DNA of 64,000 nt from Verrucomicrobiales bacterium (GCA_046075565.1 JBJTQJ010000025.1:64001-128000), one strand, 5' to 3'. Numbered from the stretch's first letter, positions 20,787 to 30,772 are shown. The notes: a model not told the origin generated them from the letters alone. Numbers and translations: made by a program.

Positions 20787-22172
20787 TCAGAGACGCGCGA
20801 GCAGCTTGCCGTGGATACCACCGAAGCCGCCATTGCTGAGGACAAGCAAGACATCCCCATCGCGGGCAGCGGGCGCGACGCGCTCGACGATGGCATCAGC
20901 TCCACCCTCCAGCCAAGCCGGAATGCCGCGTATGGAAATCGATTCCACAAGGGCTCCGGGATCGAGGCGTTCGTCCTCCGGCACCTTGCCCGGATCCTCG
21001 ACACGCGATATCACGGCGAGGTCTGCTCCTGCCACGGCATCGGCCAATTCGTTTTGGAAGACCTTGCGGCGGGTCGTGTTCGAACGCGGCTCGAAGATGG
21101 CCCACAACCGAGAACCAGGAAAACGCTGCCGCATGCTCGCGATGGACAGACGAATGGCGGTCGGATGATGGGCGAAATCATCGATCACCGAGACGCCATT
21201 TTTCACGCCGCGCAATTCCTGGCGTCGACCGACGCCATTGAATCCATCAAGAGCTTCTTGGATCTGCACATCGGTCAATCCCGCGTGCCTCGCGGCGGCG
21301 GCGGCCATGGCGGCATTCCGGATGTTGAATTCGCCATCCATGGGCACGGTGAAGACGGCTTCCCCGAGTCGGAAAGTTCCGCGTCCGGGCGCTGCTTCGT
21401 TCATGATGATGCGGTCGGTATTGTTTTCCCCGAAGCCGACCGATCGCACGGGAGCCGGGGACTGGGCCGTGACTTCGAGGCAGTTGGCGTCGTCGCCATT
21501 GATGATGACCAGTCCCCCGCGCGGAACAACGCGCAGCAGACGCGAGAAGGTCAGTTTGACATCATCGATGGATTTATAAATATCGACGTGATCGAACTCG
21601 ATGTTGTTCATCACGACCACTTCCGGCAGGTAGTGGAGGAACTTCGAGCGTTTGTCGAAGAACGCGGTGTCGTATTCATCGCCCTCGAGCACTGTCCATG
21701 GTGAGTCGGTGAAACGCGCGCCCATGCCGAAGTTGCGCGGCATGCCACCGATGAGGAAACCCGGCTCACGCCCGGCATGCTCGAACATCCACGCCAGCAT
21801 GCTCGTGGTCGTTGTCTTTCCGTGTGTGCCGCAGACCACGTAGTTGTGTTTGCCAATCAGGAAAAACCTCCGCAGCGCCTCCGGTAGCGATAGGTAGTCC
21901 ATTTTCCGATCCAGCATGGCCTCGACTTCCGGATTGCCGCGGCTGAGCGCGTTGCCAACCACCACCAGAGTGCCTTCGGGCGGAAGATTGGCCGGGTCAT
22001 AGCCATCAAACAACCGGATGCCCGTGGTGCGCAGGAAATCCGACATGGGGGGATAACATTGGGCGTCGGACCCCGTGACTTGCCAGCCCCGGCGGGCCAT
22101 GGCCGCCGCCACGGCCCCCATGGCCGTGCCGCAGACCCCGATAAAATGAATGGCGTTCGCGCCGTTTTGCAT
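20787..22172 (-). CDS. mpl: Murein tripeptide ligase
   Basis: IHFIGVCGTAMG, YPPMS, GTHGKTTT, EGDEYDTAFFDKRSKF, DDFAHHPTAI, FEPRSNT, SNGGFGGIH. Confidence 0.95.
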   Translation of the reverse strand: MQNGANAIHFIGVCGTAMGAVAAAMARRGWQVTGSDAQCYPPMSDFLRTTGIRLFDGYDPANLPPEGTLVVVGNALSRGNPEVEAMLDRKMDYLSLPEALRRFFLIGKHNYVVCGTHGKTTTTSMLAWMFEHAGREPGFLIGGMPRNFGMGARFTDSPWTVLEGDEYDTAFFDKRSKFLHYLPEVVVMNNIEFDHVDIYKSIDDVKLTFSRLLRVVPRGGLVIINGDDANCLEVTAQSPAPVRSVGFGENNTDRIIMNEAAPGRGTFRLGEAVFTVPMDGEFNIRNAAMAAAAARHAGLTDVQIQEALDGFNGVGRRQELRGVKNGVSVIDDFAHHPTAIRLSIASMRQRFPGSRLWAIFEPRSNTTRRKVFQNELADAVAGADLAVISRVEDPGKVPEDERLDPGALVESISIRGIPAWLEGGADAIVERVAPAARDGDVLLVLSNGGFGGIHGKLLARL

Positions 22173-22324
22173 GCCCGGTATTCAAACCCCGGCAAGGCCC
22201 ACCGGCAAGGGGAAAGGCGGGGCTTGCCTAGGGTCACCACAAATAAACCGCATTTCCGGGCAGCCTGCCACTCGGCCCAGAAAGCAGATATTGATCCCAG
22301 GCGATTGCCAGCCATGCTTCGGCC

Positions 22325-23377
22325 ATGGCCATCCACATCATCGTGCCACCCGAAAGCCGCGAACGCGCGGAGGAGCTGCGCGGCCGATTGCTGGCCGGTA
22401 GCACCATACCCGGCGCCCGGCTATCGGAGAAGCTAGGCACCGGGCCACCACCGGGCGACACCCCCGATTTCCTGCTCCGGCTGATCGCAACAAAAATGCC
22501 GAGGATCTTCGCGGAAAGTGAAATCAGCGGTGATGGCAGCGACTGGACACAGGAAGAGCTTCGTTTGTTAGGCGATGTTTCGGTGGCCGTAGATACGACC
22601 ATCTTCGATGATGGCCGCCACCACTCGCCCCGTGTACATGAGAGGCGGTTCGGGGGCATGCTGGTTTTCACGCCGGGAGCGCTGTTGCGTGGCAATGGCA
22701 TTTCACCACCTTGCGATCTCGCTGAAGTAACCGACTCCGCCGGGAACTTGGACGAGGATGCATTCACCGGCCTTTACCTCCGCCGCCTCAGCCCGGTTTT
22801 CGATTTCATTCATCATCGTGCTCTCGCTTTTGGCCAACGCGCTCTCGTTACCATGCCGGGACTTGGCTGCGGGCAATTTGCCGGGCGATTTGCCGGGAGG
22901 CTCGGGGCCATGCTTGGTCGCGCCCTTCACCACATCCTTTTGGTGAATGCAGCTAAATGGCCTGGCCTCGGCGCTGTTTATTACGATCCCTATTCCGAGG
23001 GGAAGAACGAACGTCATCGTATCGGAGAGACGGACTTTCTCATCCGCCCCTTGTGCCATGGAAACGAAGACAAGCCGCAGCTTTGTCCGCCGGAAAGTTA
23101 TGCAGAAGCCGGAGATGATTTTTCCGGATTTCTTTTCCACGGCATCGTGGCATGGGACCATGTCTCCTGGCCCGGCAATGACTTCTGGGGAGGCGCTCGC
23201 GCGACGGATGACGGAGTCAAAGCCGCCGCGACCGATGTAATGAAATCCCTCACCGGAGTCGAAGGTTCCTACGATCCCGCGACCCATACCTACAAGCCAC
23301 CGGGTCCTTGGCGAACCTGGGAAGAAGTCGCCAGTGCACACCACCCGGAATGGTGGCGAACGAATCTAAACCCCTAA
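22325..23377 (+). CDS. Putative MavL-like macrodomain protein (ADP-ribosyl hydrolase candidate)
   Basis: TKMPRIFAES, PGLGCGQFAG macrodomain-type loop, AWDHVSWPGNDFWGGARATDDG acidic motif. Confidence 0.65.
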   Translation: MAIHIIVPPESRERAEELRGRLLAGSTIPGARLSEKLGTGPPPGDTPDFLLRLIATKMPRIFAESEISGDGSDWTQEELRLLGDVSVAVDTTIFDDGRHHSPRVHERRFGGMLVFTPGALLRGNGISPPCDLAEVTDSAGNLDEDAFTGLYLRRLSPVFDFIHHRALAFGQRALVTMPGLGCGQFAGRFAGRLGAMLGRALHHILLVNAAKWPGLGAVYYDPYSEGKNERHRIGETDFLIRPLCHGNEDKPQLCPPESYAEAGDDFSGFLFHGIVAWDHVSWPGNDFWGGARATDDGVKAAATDVMKSLTGVEGSYDPATHTYKPPGPWRTWEEVASAHHPEWWRTNLNP

Positions 23378-23413
23378 ATCACCGGCCTGACAGCCCGCTC
23401 GAGAGGATCCCCA

Positions 23414-26400
23414 TTACTCGAAGCGGCAAATGGCCTCAATTCCGGCGGCCGAGCCGTCGCGTAACCAGCCATCGAGTTGCGATTGATCCTTGAGTTGCTG
23501 GCCACGCGGGCGGGGCACGGCGAGGAAGCGGACTGCGGCATCGGGCAAAGTGGTCATGTCGCCCCAAAGCTTCTCGAACTGCGCCACCGGCAGGATGTCT
23601 TCTTGTCCATTGCCCCAGCGTTTCTTCACATCCTTAAGGGTCACATAAGTCGGCATACGTGCGGCCAGGGCCCGCACCCCGGCGGTCACGGCGTCGGCAT
23701 CACCGAGCGACGCTCGATCGAGTTCGAAGAGGGCGAGCATCCGGTCGATGTGGATCCAGTTGGTGGCAGAGTTATAAAAGGTGAGTTTGAATTCGTCGTC
23801 GTCGCGCGCCATGGCGAGTCCTTCGACCAAACGCAATTGCCCGTTGATGCGGGCGAGACCGCCGCCCCGGTCTTCGATGCGTCGGCGGATCACTTCGACA
23901 CTCAAGGCCGCGCCTTCGAGAATGTGGCGGCCGAAGACTGTCGGATCGAGGTTCGCGCCGAGCGTGTCGATGTTGTGCAATAACAAATGCTCGAGGCGCG
24001 GGTTTTCCTTCACCATCGCGGCGAGTGTGCCATTGAGCAGAAGATTGGCGATCTCATACCAATGCCCGACTGGGTGCAGGCATTGCAAGGGCACATTGTC
24101 GGTGTAATCGCTGGCTTCACCATTTTGAATCGCCCAGTCGATAAGCGCCTTTTGCAAGCTGCGCCGGTTTTTCTCCTTCTGCGGATCGAGCTGTTGGTGC
24201 GCGACTTCTTCAAAAGCAAAGCGCAGGTCACGCGCCGTCGGAACCATACGCAAGCCGATGGATCGCCCCGGCGAAAGGATAACCTGACCGCCGTAGCCGA
24301 ACTGCTCGTGTGTATCAAGGAACTCGCGGGTCGGCCCCTGCGTGAGGAAACTCGTGGTGAACACATGCGCCGGCAGACAGCCGTATTCCATGCCGATAGC
24401 CCGGCTCTTTGCCAAATGGGTCTCGAGGAAACTGCGGTGGCGGCCGGACAACTTCGCGAATGGATGCAAGGCCTTGACCGTGCCCGCGCCCTGGGTCCAG
24501 CGGCTCCCGGCTCCGGCGGCGAGTGTCACGACGGCAATCCGGCCTTCCGACAAGGCTTGCTCGCCGATGCGTTTGGCTTCCTCATCGGCATGGTAAAGTG
24601 AAACCACATCTCCCTCGCGCGCATCTTCCACGGTCGTGGTGACCGGCAATCGATTCTGGGCCAAGCCGATGCGCCCGGACCGCAGATCCTCGCGGATGCG
24701 TTCGTGCTGCACGGCATCAAATCCCTGTGCGGCCAACAACTCGGCGAGGTTGCCCTGTGGTTCGCCGCCTTTGCGTTCGGCGGGCGGGAAAATCCGGTGG
24801 ATCAACGGGCCAACCAACGGGCGTTCACCCGCCATGAGGCTGCGTTCGGCGAAAGCATCCATCTCCTGGCGCGTTGTCGCCTTGAGCGTGCGCGGATCCT
24901 GGCGAAGCCAACGCGGCACCATCATCAGATAATACTCCGAAGACAACATGGCTTCACTGCCAGTTAGGAGAACGGAGGTCGATCCATTCTCATTGATGGT
25001 GAAATCATAGACCACAGGATCCATGGCGAAAGGCAATGCATTCTCCAGTTCACCTTTGCTGCGCCGCATGATTTCCAGAATGGCGGCGCGGGCCGATGCC
25101 TTTTGCGCGGGATCAACCCAGAAGCCCATGCCGCCGCCGGACATGCCCCCGAGCATGACGAAACCACGGAAGGCGTCGCCGAGCGCTTCCTTCGCGCGTG
25201 CGATGAGCCATTCGGTGTAAGCGTTGCTCGCCCACGGGATGATGGCTTGCAGCGGACCGAAGAAATTGCGGGTGGTGAGTTCGGCCACACGATCCACTTC
25301 ACCTGCTTGCAAGGCATTGACGATCCCATGCAGGATTTGCTGCGCTTCCAATCGTGCCTCCCACTCCTTTTCCAGTTTGAGCAGGTATTTCTCCGTCACC
25401 ATCTCGAGAATGGGGCCGACATTCTGCGACATCCCGCCGTGCACGAGGATCAAGCTGTCCTGCAATTGCTGGCGCGTTTCCGGAGAAATGCGATCCTGCC
25501 CAAACAAAGTATGGCGTGGCAACAAACGGCCGCGGCTGATACCGCATTCGGTATCACCATCAACCGCCGCCTCGCCTTGGATCAACTTGATGCCCGGCCA
25601 GACCCCGCCGGAGTCCTGCCATCCGCCGCCAGAACCACCCAGCCATTCGCCAAGAATGGCGCGGCTCGCGATGGTGCGGCGTTCATCTTCGCTCAGTCCG
25701 CCGGTCAGGCTTTCCGTCTGCCCGCTTGCCCGCATACAGAGCGCGATGAGGCATCCTAACAAATTGGTCGACACCGCCAGGCGCGAACCCTTCGGGATAT
25801 CGCGCACCTGGGAAACAATTTCCAGGCCCTTGCCGGGTCCGCAGAGCGCGGCCAGCACATCCGACAAGGCATGACCAGAGCCCTCCATGGCTGATGGGAT
25901 GATGCCGGAGGCAATGACGGCCGCCTTGAGCAGCCCGAGGTAATCCTTGGCAAAGTCGAACAAATCATCCAGCGAATCGACATCGGCAATGGCCCCGAGA
26001 TCGACGCTGGCCAACCGCAGCACTGGCTCATCGATCACGCGCAGGTAAGCACCGACCGGCGGCAAGGTCGAGGTATCGCGACCGTGCACACCGAGATCGA
26101 CGGAGATATTGAGCACCTTGGCTCCCTCCGGATAATCCATGCCAAGGAAAAAGATATCCGACCAAGCGGCATGACTCAGGTCCATACGCACCGAGGTTTG
26201 CTCGCGCAGCACCGGATACACGCCGTGTGCGCCGCCGCTTTGCAAAAGCTCCGGGCGCAGGCGCAAGGGATAGTCGGAAGGATGCCCGGTGCGGAACATC
26301 CATTGGTTTCCCTTCACCTTGCGCACGGTTTTCTGCACCTGCTGGGCGAGAGTCTTGAATGCCAATCCATGATAGGCGGAGGCCAGCGCGCTGCTGAGCG

Positions 26401-26731
26401 GGTCACTCGCTCCTTGGATGCGCTGGTGCTCCAGATAAACAGAAATGGCTTCCTCGAACCGCCGCGAGAGGCAAAGCTCGTGGCCTTCGTAAGGAATGGT
26501 CCCGGTGGTGTCGGCCGGATAATGAGGAGGCAAAAAATATCGATGGATCGCTTCGAGGAAAAAGATGGCGCGGACGCGATGATAGAAGTTTCCCGCTTCG
26601 AGGCGGAAAGACTCGAAGGCGTCGGCCATCGCCTCCAAACCGGATCGATCCGACGATCGACAGAGGGCTTCGAATGATATCCCGTCGGCGGCGTTTCCTT
26701 CCACCAGGGATTGCAGGCGTGGGTCCAACAT
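23414..26731 (-). CDS. Fused GHMP-family sugar kinase / UDP-sugar pyrophosphorylase
   Basis: Kinase-like VRMDLSHAAWSD, PKGSRLAVS, GGGWQD, GGMSGGGMG; C-terminal UDPGP-like LAAGAGSR, PVGH, NIDTLGA, QFEK. Confidence 0.8.
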   Translation of the reverse strand: MLDPRLQSLVEGNAADGISFEALCRSSDRSGLEAMADAFESFRLEAGNFYHRVRAIFFLEAIHRYFLPPHYPADTTGTIPYEGHELCLSRRFEEAISVYLEHQRIQGASDPLSSALASAYHGLAFKTLAQQVQKTVRKVKGNQWMFRTGHPSDYPLRLRPELLQSGGAHGVYPVLREQTSVRMDLSHAAWSDIFFLGMDYPEGAKVLNISVDLGVHGRDTSTLPPVGAYLRVIDEPVLRLASVDLGAIADVDSLDDLFDFAKDYLGLLKAAVIASGIIPSAMEGSGHALSDVLAALCGPGKGLEIVSQVRDIPKGSRLAVSTNLLGCLIALCMRASGQTESLTGGLSEDERRTIASRAILGEWLGGSGGGWQDSGGVWPGIKLIQGEAAVDGDTECGISRGRLLPRHTLFGQDRISPETRQQLQDSLILVHGGMSQNVGPILEMVTEKYLLKLEKEWEARLEAQQILHGIVNALQAGEVDRVAELTTRNFFGPLQAIIPWASNAYTEWLIARAKEALGDAFRGFVMLGGMSGGGMGFWVDPAQKASARAAILEIMRRSKGELENALPFAMDPVVYDFTINENGSTSVLLTGSEAMLSSEYYLMMVPRWLRQDPRTLKATTRQEMDAFAERSLMAGERPLVGPLIHRIFPPAERKGGEPQGNLAELLAAQGFDAVQHERIREDLRSGRIGLAQNRLPVTTTVEDAREGDVVSLYHADEEAKRIGEQALSEGRIAVVTLAAGAGSRWTQGAGTVKALHPFAKLSGRHRSFLETHLAKSRAIGMEYGCLPAHVFTTSFLTQGPTREFLDTHEQFGYGGQVILSPGRSIGLRMVPTARDLRFAFEEVAHQQLDPQKEKNRRSLQKALIDWAIQNGEASDYTDNVPLQCLHPVGHWYEIANLLLNGTLAAMVKENPRLEHLLLHNIDTLGANLDPTVFGRHILEGAALSVEVIRRRIEDRGGGLARINGQLRLVEGLAMARDDDEFKLTFYNSATNWIHIDRMLALFELDRASLGDADAVTAGVRALAARMPTYVTLKDVKKRWGNGQEDILPVAQFEKLWGDMTTLPDAAVRFLAVPRPRGQQLKDQSQLDGWLRDGSAAGIEAICRFE

Positions 26732-26745
26732 GATTCCGGAGTGGG

Positions 26746-27594
26746 TTAGCGGCGGGCGGCGTCGAGGGAAAGTTCTTCGGCGAGTATGGCGAGCAACTCG
26801 GCCCGCGCAGGGCCGGCCAAGCCCAGCGCCAATTGGGCGCGCAAGACCCCGAAGCGTGCCTCCAGGTCAGCCCGTCTTCCGCGCAATTCCGCCGCCAGGT
26901 ATTTTTCCCGCGAGGCAAGGCGTGCGAGCGCCGGGGTGAGTCCGGCTTTTCCATCTTTGGCTCGCGCCGCTTCTTCTTCTAACAAGGTGAAGATGCTCGG
27001 TCCGAGCACGTGCATGCCGAAAAAGCAGAGGTAAAATCCGCTCCGCAATCCCGGGACGACACATGATTGTTCGGCCAGCGTCGGGGTCGGCTTCTCATAG
27101 ACATTCTCCACCGTGTAGAGGCCGGACCGACCGGGGCACAGCAATCCCGCCACCGTGCCATAGTAGCGCAACTGGCTCTCGTGCGTGGCTTGCACCGCCG
27201 AGACCGAACAATCCTGCTCGGCAGCGATCTCCAGCAACTGCCGGGTGCAACTCGCCTCGACTTCGCTCACATAAAGATGGTCGCTCACTTGCAGCAGGAA
27301 AGGTTTGCCGGCGGTGAAATCCTTGCCGCAAAGCACCGCCTGGCCATAGCCGGAAGGTTTCGCCTGCTCGATGAGGGTGACTTTTCCCCCGAATCCGGAG
27401 AGAAGCTGCTCGTAGGCGGCCCGCTCCGATGGCTTCACCACCACCCCGGCTTTTTCAATCCCGGCCGAGAACAGTTCCTCCAACTGGATGACCATGGCCG
27501 CCTTCCAATCGCCCTGGCGATCATTCAGGTTCTGCATGGGCAGGCGGCGGGAATCCGGACCGGCGGCGGTGATAAGGGCATGTTTAGCTTTCAT
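26746..27594 (-). CDS. GalU-like sugar-phosphate nucleotidyltransferase
   Basis: ALITAAG, EQAKPSGYGQAV, VSDHLY, YYGTV, VYEKP. Confidence 0.8.
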   Translation of the reverse strand: MKAKHALITAAGPDSRRLPMQNLNDRQGDWKAAMVIQLEELFSAGIEKAGVVVKPSERAAYEQLLSGFGGKVTLIEQAKPSGYGQAVLCGKDFTAGKPFLLQVSDHLYVSEVEASCTRQLLEIAAEQDCSVSAVQATHESQLRYYGTVAGLLCPGRSGLYTVENVYEKPTPTLAEQSCVVPGLRSGFYLCFFGMHVLGPSIFTLLEEEAARAKDGKAGLTPALARLASREKYLAAELRGRRADLEARFGVLRAQLALGLAGPARAELLAILAEELSLDAARR

Positions 27595-27696
27595 GATAGG
27601 CGCTGAGGGCAGTGGCCCGCCACTATCCGAAATATTGCCTCAGGAAACAAGTGATTTTAGCGCCATTCCGTTCGCCCGGAGGCGGGGGAAACGCCC

Positions 27697-28176
27697 TCAC
27701 ATCTTGGCTGCCACCGCCCGGCCAATCTCCATCAGTCGCGCCTTTTCTTCGTCCGAGAAATCATGGGGCACCATCAGGCCCACGCCAAGCGTGCCCCGTA
27801 AGCTGCCGGTGTGCAGACAAGGCACGGCCAGCGAGCCTTGCACGTTGGTCGCCCGCGCTCCGGGCTTCGCCACCCCTCCGAGGTCCGCCTGCAAATTGCA
27901 CAATTCCACCGGCTCCCGGCGTTCGGCTGCCGCGCCCGCGATGCCCTTGCCTATCGGGATTTTTTCAATGACCGGCATCAATTGCGGCGGAATACCGCGC
28001 TGCGCGACCAGTGCCAGCAAATTCGTCTCCTCATCGAGCCGATGCAGCGTCCCGGTTGTCCCATTGAAGGAGGCGATGGTGGCATCAAGCACTTCCTGCC
28101 AATCGATGATGGGTGAGGATAAGAAATCGTTAATCTTGGAATCCATGGTGATTGTGTCGGCAATGTATGTTCTCAC
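27697..28176 (-). CDS. Standalone GAF domain protein
   Basis: IPIGKGIAGAAA and SLAVP..GTLGV GAF motifs; start may be 28146. Confidence 0.8.
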   Translation of the reverse strand: MRTYIADTITMDSKINDFLSSPIIDWQEVLDATIASFNGTTGTLHRLDEETNLLALVAQRGIPPQLMPVIEKIPIGKGIAGAAAERREPVELCNLQADLGGVAKPGARATNVQGSLAVPCLHTGSLRGTLGVGLMVPHDFSDEEKARLMEIGRAVAAKM

Positions 28177-28499
28177 CTTTCCTCCATCTCGCGCAGTTTG
28201 TCGCCGATTTCGCGCAGATAGCCGTAGGAATAGATGCCGGTCCGGTGGCCGTCGGAAAAAGCGATGGCAAGAGCATATCCACCAACCGTCTGCCAGGAAA
28301 TGACGCGCACTCCGGAGTGGTCGCGCTTTTCCTCGCCCCCGTATTGTTTTCCTAACAAATCACGTTCACCCATGGTTTCCGCGCTAGGCGACCACGCCCG
28401 CAGGCGGTCCATGGGATAAATGTCTTCCCTTCCATCGGACCAGCGGATGGCGAGAAAGTCGCCGATGGCCTGCACGTCGTCGGGGAGAGGAACTGACAT
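28173..28499 (-). CDS. DUF971-family protein
   Basis: WSDG, LRAWSPSAE, VGGYAL, FSDGHRTGIYSYGYL. Confidence 0.88.
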   Translation of the reverse strand: MSVPLPDDVQAIGDFLAIRWSDGREDIYPMDRLRAWSPSAETMGERDLLGKQYGGEEKRDHSGVRVISWQTVGGYALAIAFSDGHRTGIYSYGYLREIGDKLREMEER

Positions 28500-28506
28500 G
28501 GCGGGC

Positions 28507-29505
28507 TCACGCGTGGTTTTGCAGCAGACGCGCGGCTAACGGCGCGTGGTAAGTGAGGATCATGTCGGCCCCGGCACGTTTGATGCCCACCAATGATTCG
28601 AGCACGACCTTGTCGCGGTCGAGCCAACCGGCGGCGGCGGCCGCTTCGATCATTAGGTATTCACCGCTCACCTGGTAGGCGGCGAGTGGCAGGGTGGTGG
28701 ACTCGCGCAAGCGGGCCAGCACGTCGAGATACGGCCCGGCAGGTTTGACCATGAGAATATCAGCACCCTCTTGCTCGTCGAGCATCGCCTCGCGTATGGC
28801 CTCGCGGGTGTTGGTCGGGTCCATCTGATACGTCATCTTGTCGCCTTCCTTGGGAGCGGAGTCGAGAGCCCCGCGGAATGGACCGTAGTAAGCGGACGCA
28901 TATTTCGCGGTGTAGGCGAGGATGTTGATTGAGTCGAACCCGGCATCGTCGAGGCTGAAGCGCAGGGCCCCGACCCGACCGTCCATCATATCGCTGGGGG
29001 AAATGATATCGGCTCCCGCGCGGGCATGGCAAAGGGCCTGCTGGCAAAGCGCATCAACCGTCGCGTCATTCACGATTTCCAGCGAACCATCGGCGGCTCG
29101 TTTGACCAATCCATCATGGCCGTCGGAGTTGTAGGGATCGAGCGCGACATCGGTGATGATACACAATCCCGGATGCGCCGACTTCAAGGCGCGGATGGCC
29201 CGCGGGATGAGACCATCGTCATTCCAAGCTTCTTCGGCACCCGGTGTTTTCAGTTCCGCCGCGATGGCCGGAAAAAGCACCACCGCGGGGATGCCAAGCG
29301 CGTGGGCCCGTCCGGCCTCGGCAACGAGACCCTCCAGCGACCAACGGGTGCAACCCGGCATCGAAGCGATGGGCTGGTCGTCGTTTCCCGCATGCAGGAA
29401 AAGCGGGTAAATGAGGTCGCCGGGCGCGAGTCGTGTTTCCCGCACGAGCGAGCGGATCGCGGGAGTCCGCCGGTTGCGGCGCGGACGGATGGGGAGGTCG
29501 AGCAT
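28507..29505 (-). CDS. hemB: Porphobilinogen synthase
   Basis: RPRRNR, DVALDPY..DGHDG, SPSDMMDGR, SAYYGPFR, MVKPA, AYQVSGEY. Confidence 0.98.
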   Translation of the reverse strand: MLDLPIRPRRNRRTPAIRSLVRETRLAPGDLIYPLFLHAGNDDQPIASMPGCTRWSLEGLVAEAGRAHALGIPAVVLFPAIAAELKTPGAEEAWNDDGLIPRAIRALKSAHPGLCIITDVALDPYNSDGHDGLVKRAADGSLEIVNDATVDALCQQALCHARAGADIISPSDMMDGRVGALRFSLDDAGFDSINILAYTAKYASAYYGPFRGALDSAPKEGDKMTYQMDPTNTREAIREAMLDEQEGADILMVKPAGPYLDVLARLRESTTLPLAAYQVSGEYLMIEAAAAAGWLDRDKVVLESLVGIKRAGADMILTYHAPLAARLLQNHA

Positions 29506-29531
29506 CGCGATGACGAGGTGCCCGTTTGTCC

Positions 29532-30116
29532 TCAGGCGCGCACCGGGCTTGCCGACGGTGTCGACTGCCGGGCGGGCGCGAGGGCCACGAGGAAGAGGGC
29601 GGCGAAACCGAGGTTACCAGCCAGCGACTTGAGCAGGAAGGCCCAACTCGGGAGGAACCCGGGCAGCCCGGTGGTGTGCGCTTGCACGAGACCGGTCACG
29701 GTCTTCGGATAAAGCGGATTCACGGCCCAAGAAACCGAGTTGGCCAGCAGGTGGAAAGCAACCACGGCCAAGACCGTCGAACCGAGATAGGGAAGGGCCA
29801 GTGAAGCGCGGCGGGCCAGCGGGCGACCGGCCAAAAATAGCACGGAGTAGAACCCGATGGTCAGCAGCATGTAGGGGTGGAAAGCCGAGGTCTTGTAAAC
29901 CACGACATTCAGAATGAGATCCGAAATCAGGAACGCGGCGGCAGGGACCCAGGCCAGGCGGGCGTTCGGGGCGAGCACGGCAGCTCCCAGCACGAGGGCG
30001 GCGAAAGGAGCGAAGCCGGACAATGGGGCGGCAAGGTCGGCGGAGGCAAATCCTGTCCCCACACGGTAAACCACAACAGCAACTAGGAGAAAGAGAGCAG
30101 TCAGTCGCGAATTCAT
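29532..30116 (-). CDS. DUF6580-like putative transporter membrane protein
   Basis: Multi-TM protein with FAPFAAL, LISD, FHLLAN..W, YPKT..GL...TGLP. Confidence 0.7.
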   Translation of the reverse strand: MNSRLTALFLLVAVVVYRVGTGFASADLAAPLSGFAPFAALVLGAAVLAPNARLAWVPAAAFLISDLILNVVVYKTSAFHPYMLLTIGFYSVLFLAGRPLARRASLALPYLGSTVLAVVAFHLLANSVSWAVNPLYPKTVTGLVQAHTTGLPGFLPSWAFLLKSLAGNLGFAALFLVALAPARQSTPSASPVRA

Positions 30117-30327
30117 AGCCCCACAAAGTGAACGACACCGTGCCCCTGCGCAAGGGCGGAATGGGAAAATTTGAGGAGAAAGGGAAGAACCGATATCGGT
30201 TTTTCGCTTTCCATCATCCCAGCGATCCGGAAGCCCTCCCGCCTTGATTTGCCCGATAAACGCAACTCCACGGGGTTTCGGCAATTCCCCTTGGCAATCG
30301 GGGCCAATCCGTGGCAGTCTCGTGCTC

Positions 30328-30732
30328 ATGGCGAACGAGATACCTTGGGAGCGATTGGTGGCTTTGGCGTGGGAGACCCGCGAGCGGGCCTATGCGCCGT
30401 ATTCCAAATTCCATGTCGGAGCCGCATTGCTGGCTGCAGATGGCCGCGTTTTCACTGGATGTAATGTCGAAAACCTGAGTTACGGGTTGACGATCTGCGC
30501 GGAGAGAGTGGCCATCGGGAGTGCAATCGCGGCAGGAGCGCGAGAATTCCTCGCCCTGGCCGTGGTGGCGGATACCAATGAGCCGATTTCGCCCTGCGGG
30601 GCCTGCCGTCAGGTCATGGCGGAGTTCGGCGATTTCCCGGTGCGAGCATCCAACCGCGCGGGGTTGATGTTCGAGCAGATGGTTTCAGCCTGGCTGCCAC
30701 GTGGTCACACGGGGATTCTTGACCGCGCCTGA
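30328..30732 (+). CDS. cdd: Cytidine deaminase
   Basis: AYAPYSKFHVGAA, GCNVEN, ICAER, SPCGACRQ. Confidence 0.96.
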   Translation: MANEIPWERLVALAWETRERAYAPYSKFHVGAALLAADGRVFTGCNVENLSYGLTICAERVAIGSAIAAGAREFLALAVVADTNEPISPCGACRQVMAEFGDFPVRASNRAGLMFEQMVSAWLPRGHTGILDRA

Positions 30733-30734
30733 GC

Positions 30735-30772
30735 AAAAAAAATTCCGGAGTGCCCGCAAGGTCACTCCGGAA
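30735..30772 (-). terminator. Intrinsic terminator for a minus-strand transcript (possibly bidirectional)
   Basis: TTCCGGAGTG/CACTCCGGAA 10-bp stem followed by T8 on the minus strand. Confidence 0.75.

Noticed and set aside
19536-21704. 722-aa plus-strand ORF
   Set aside because: Antisense shadow of mpl and the peptidase in GC-rich DNA; no recognisable motifs
30117-30327. Cobalamin riboswitch upstream of the DUF6580-like gene
   Set aside because: No B12-box or other conserved core visible, and a promoter-like element lies directly before the ATG
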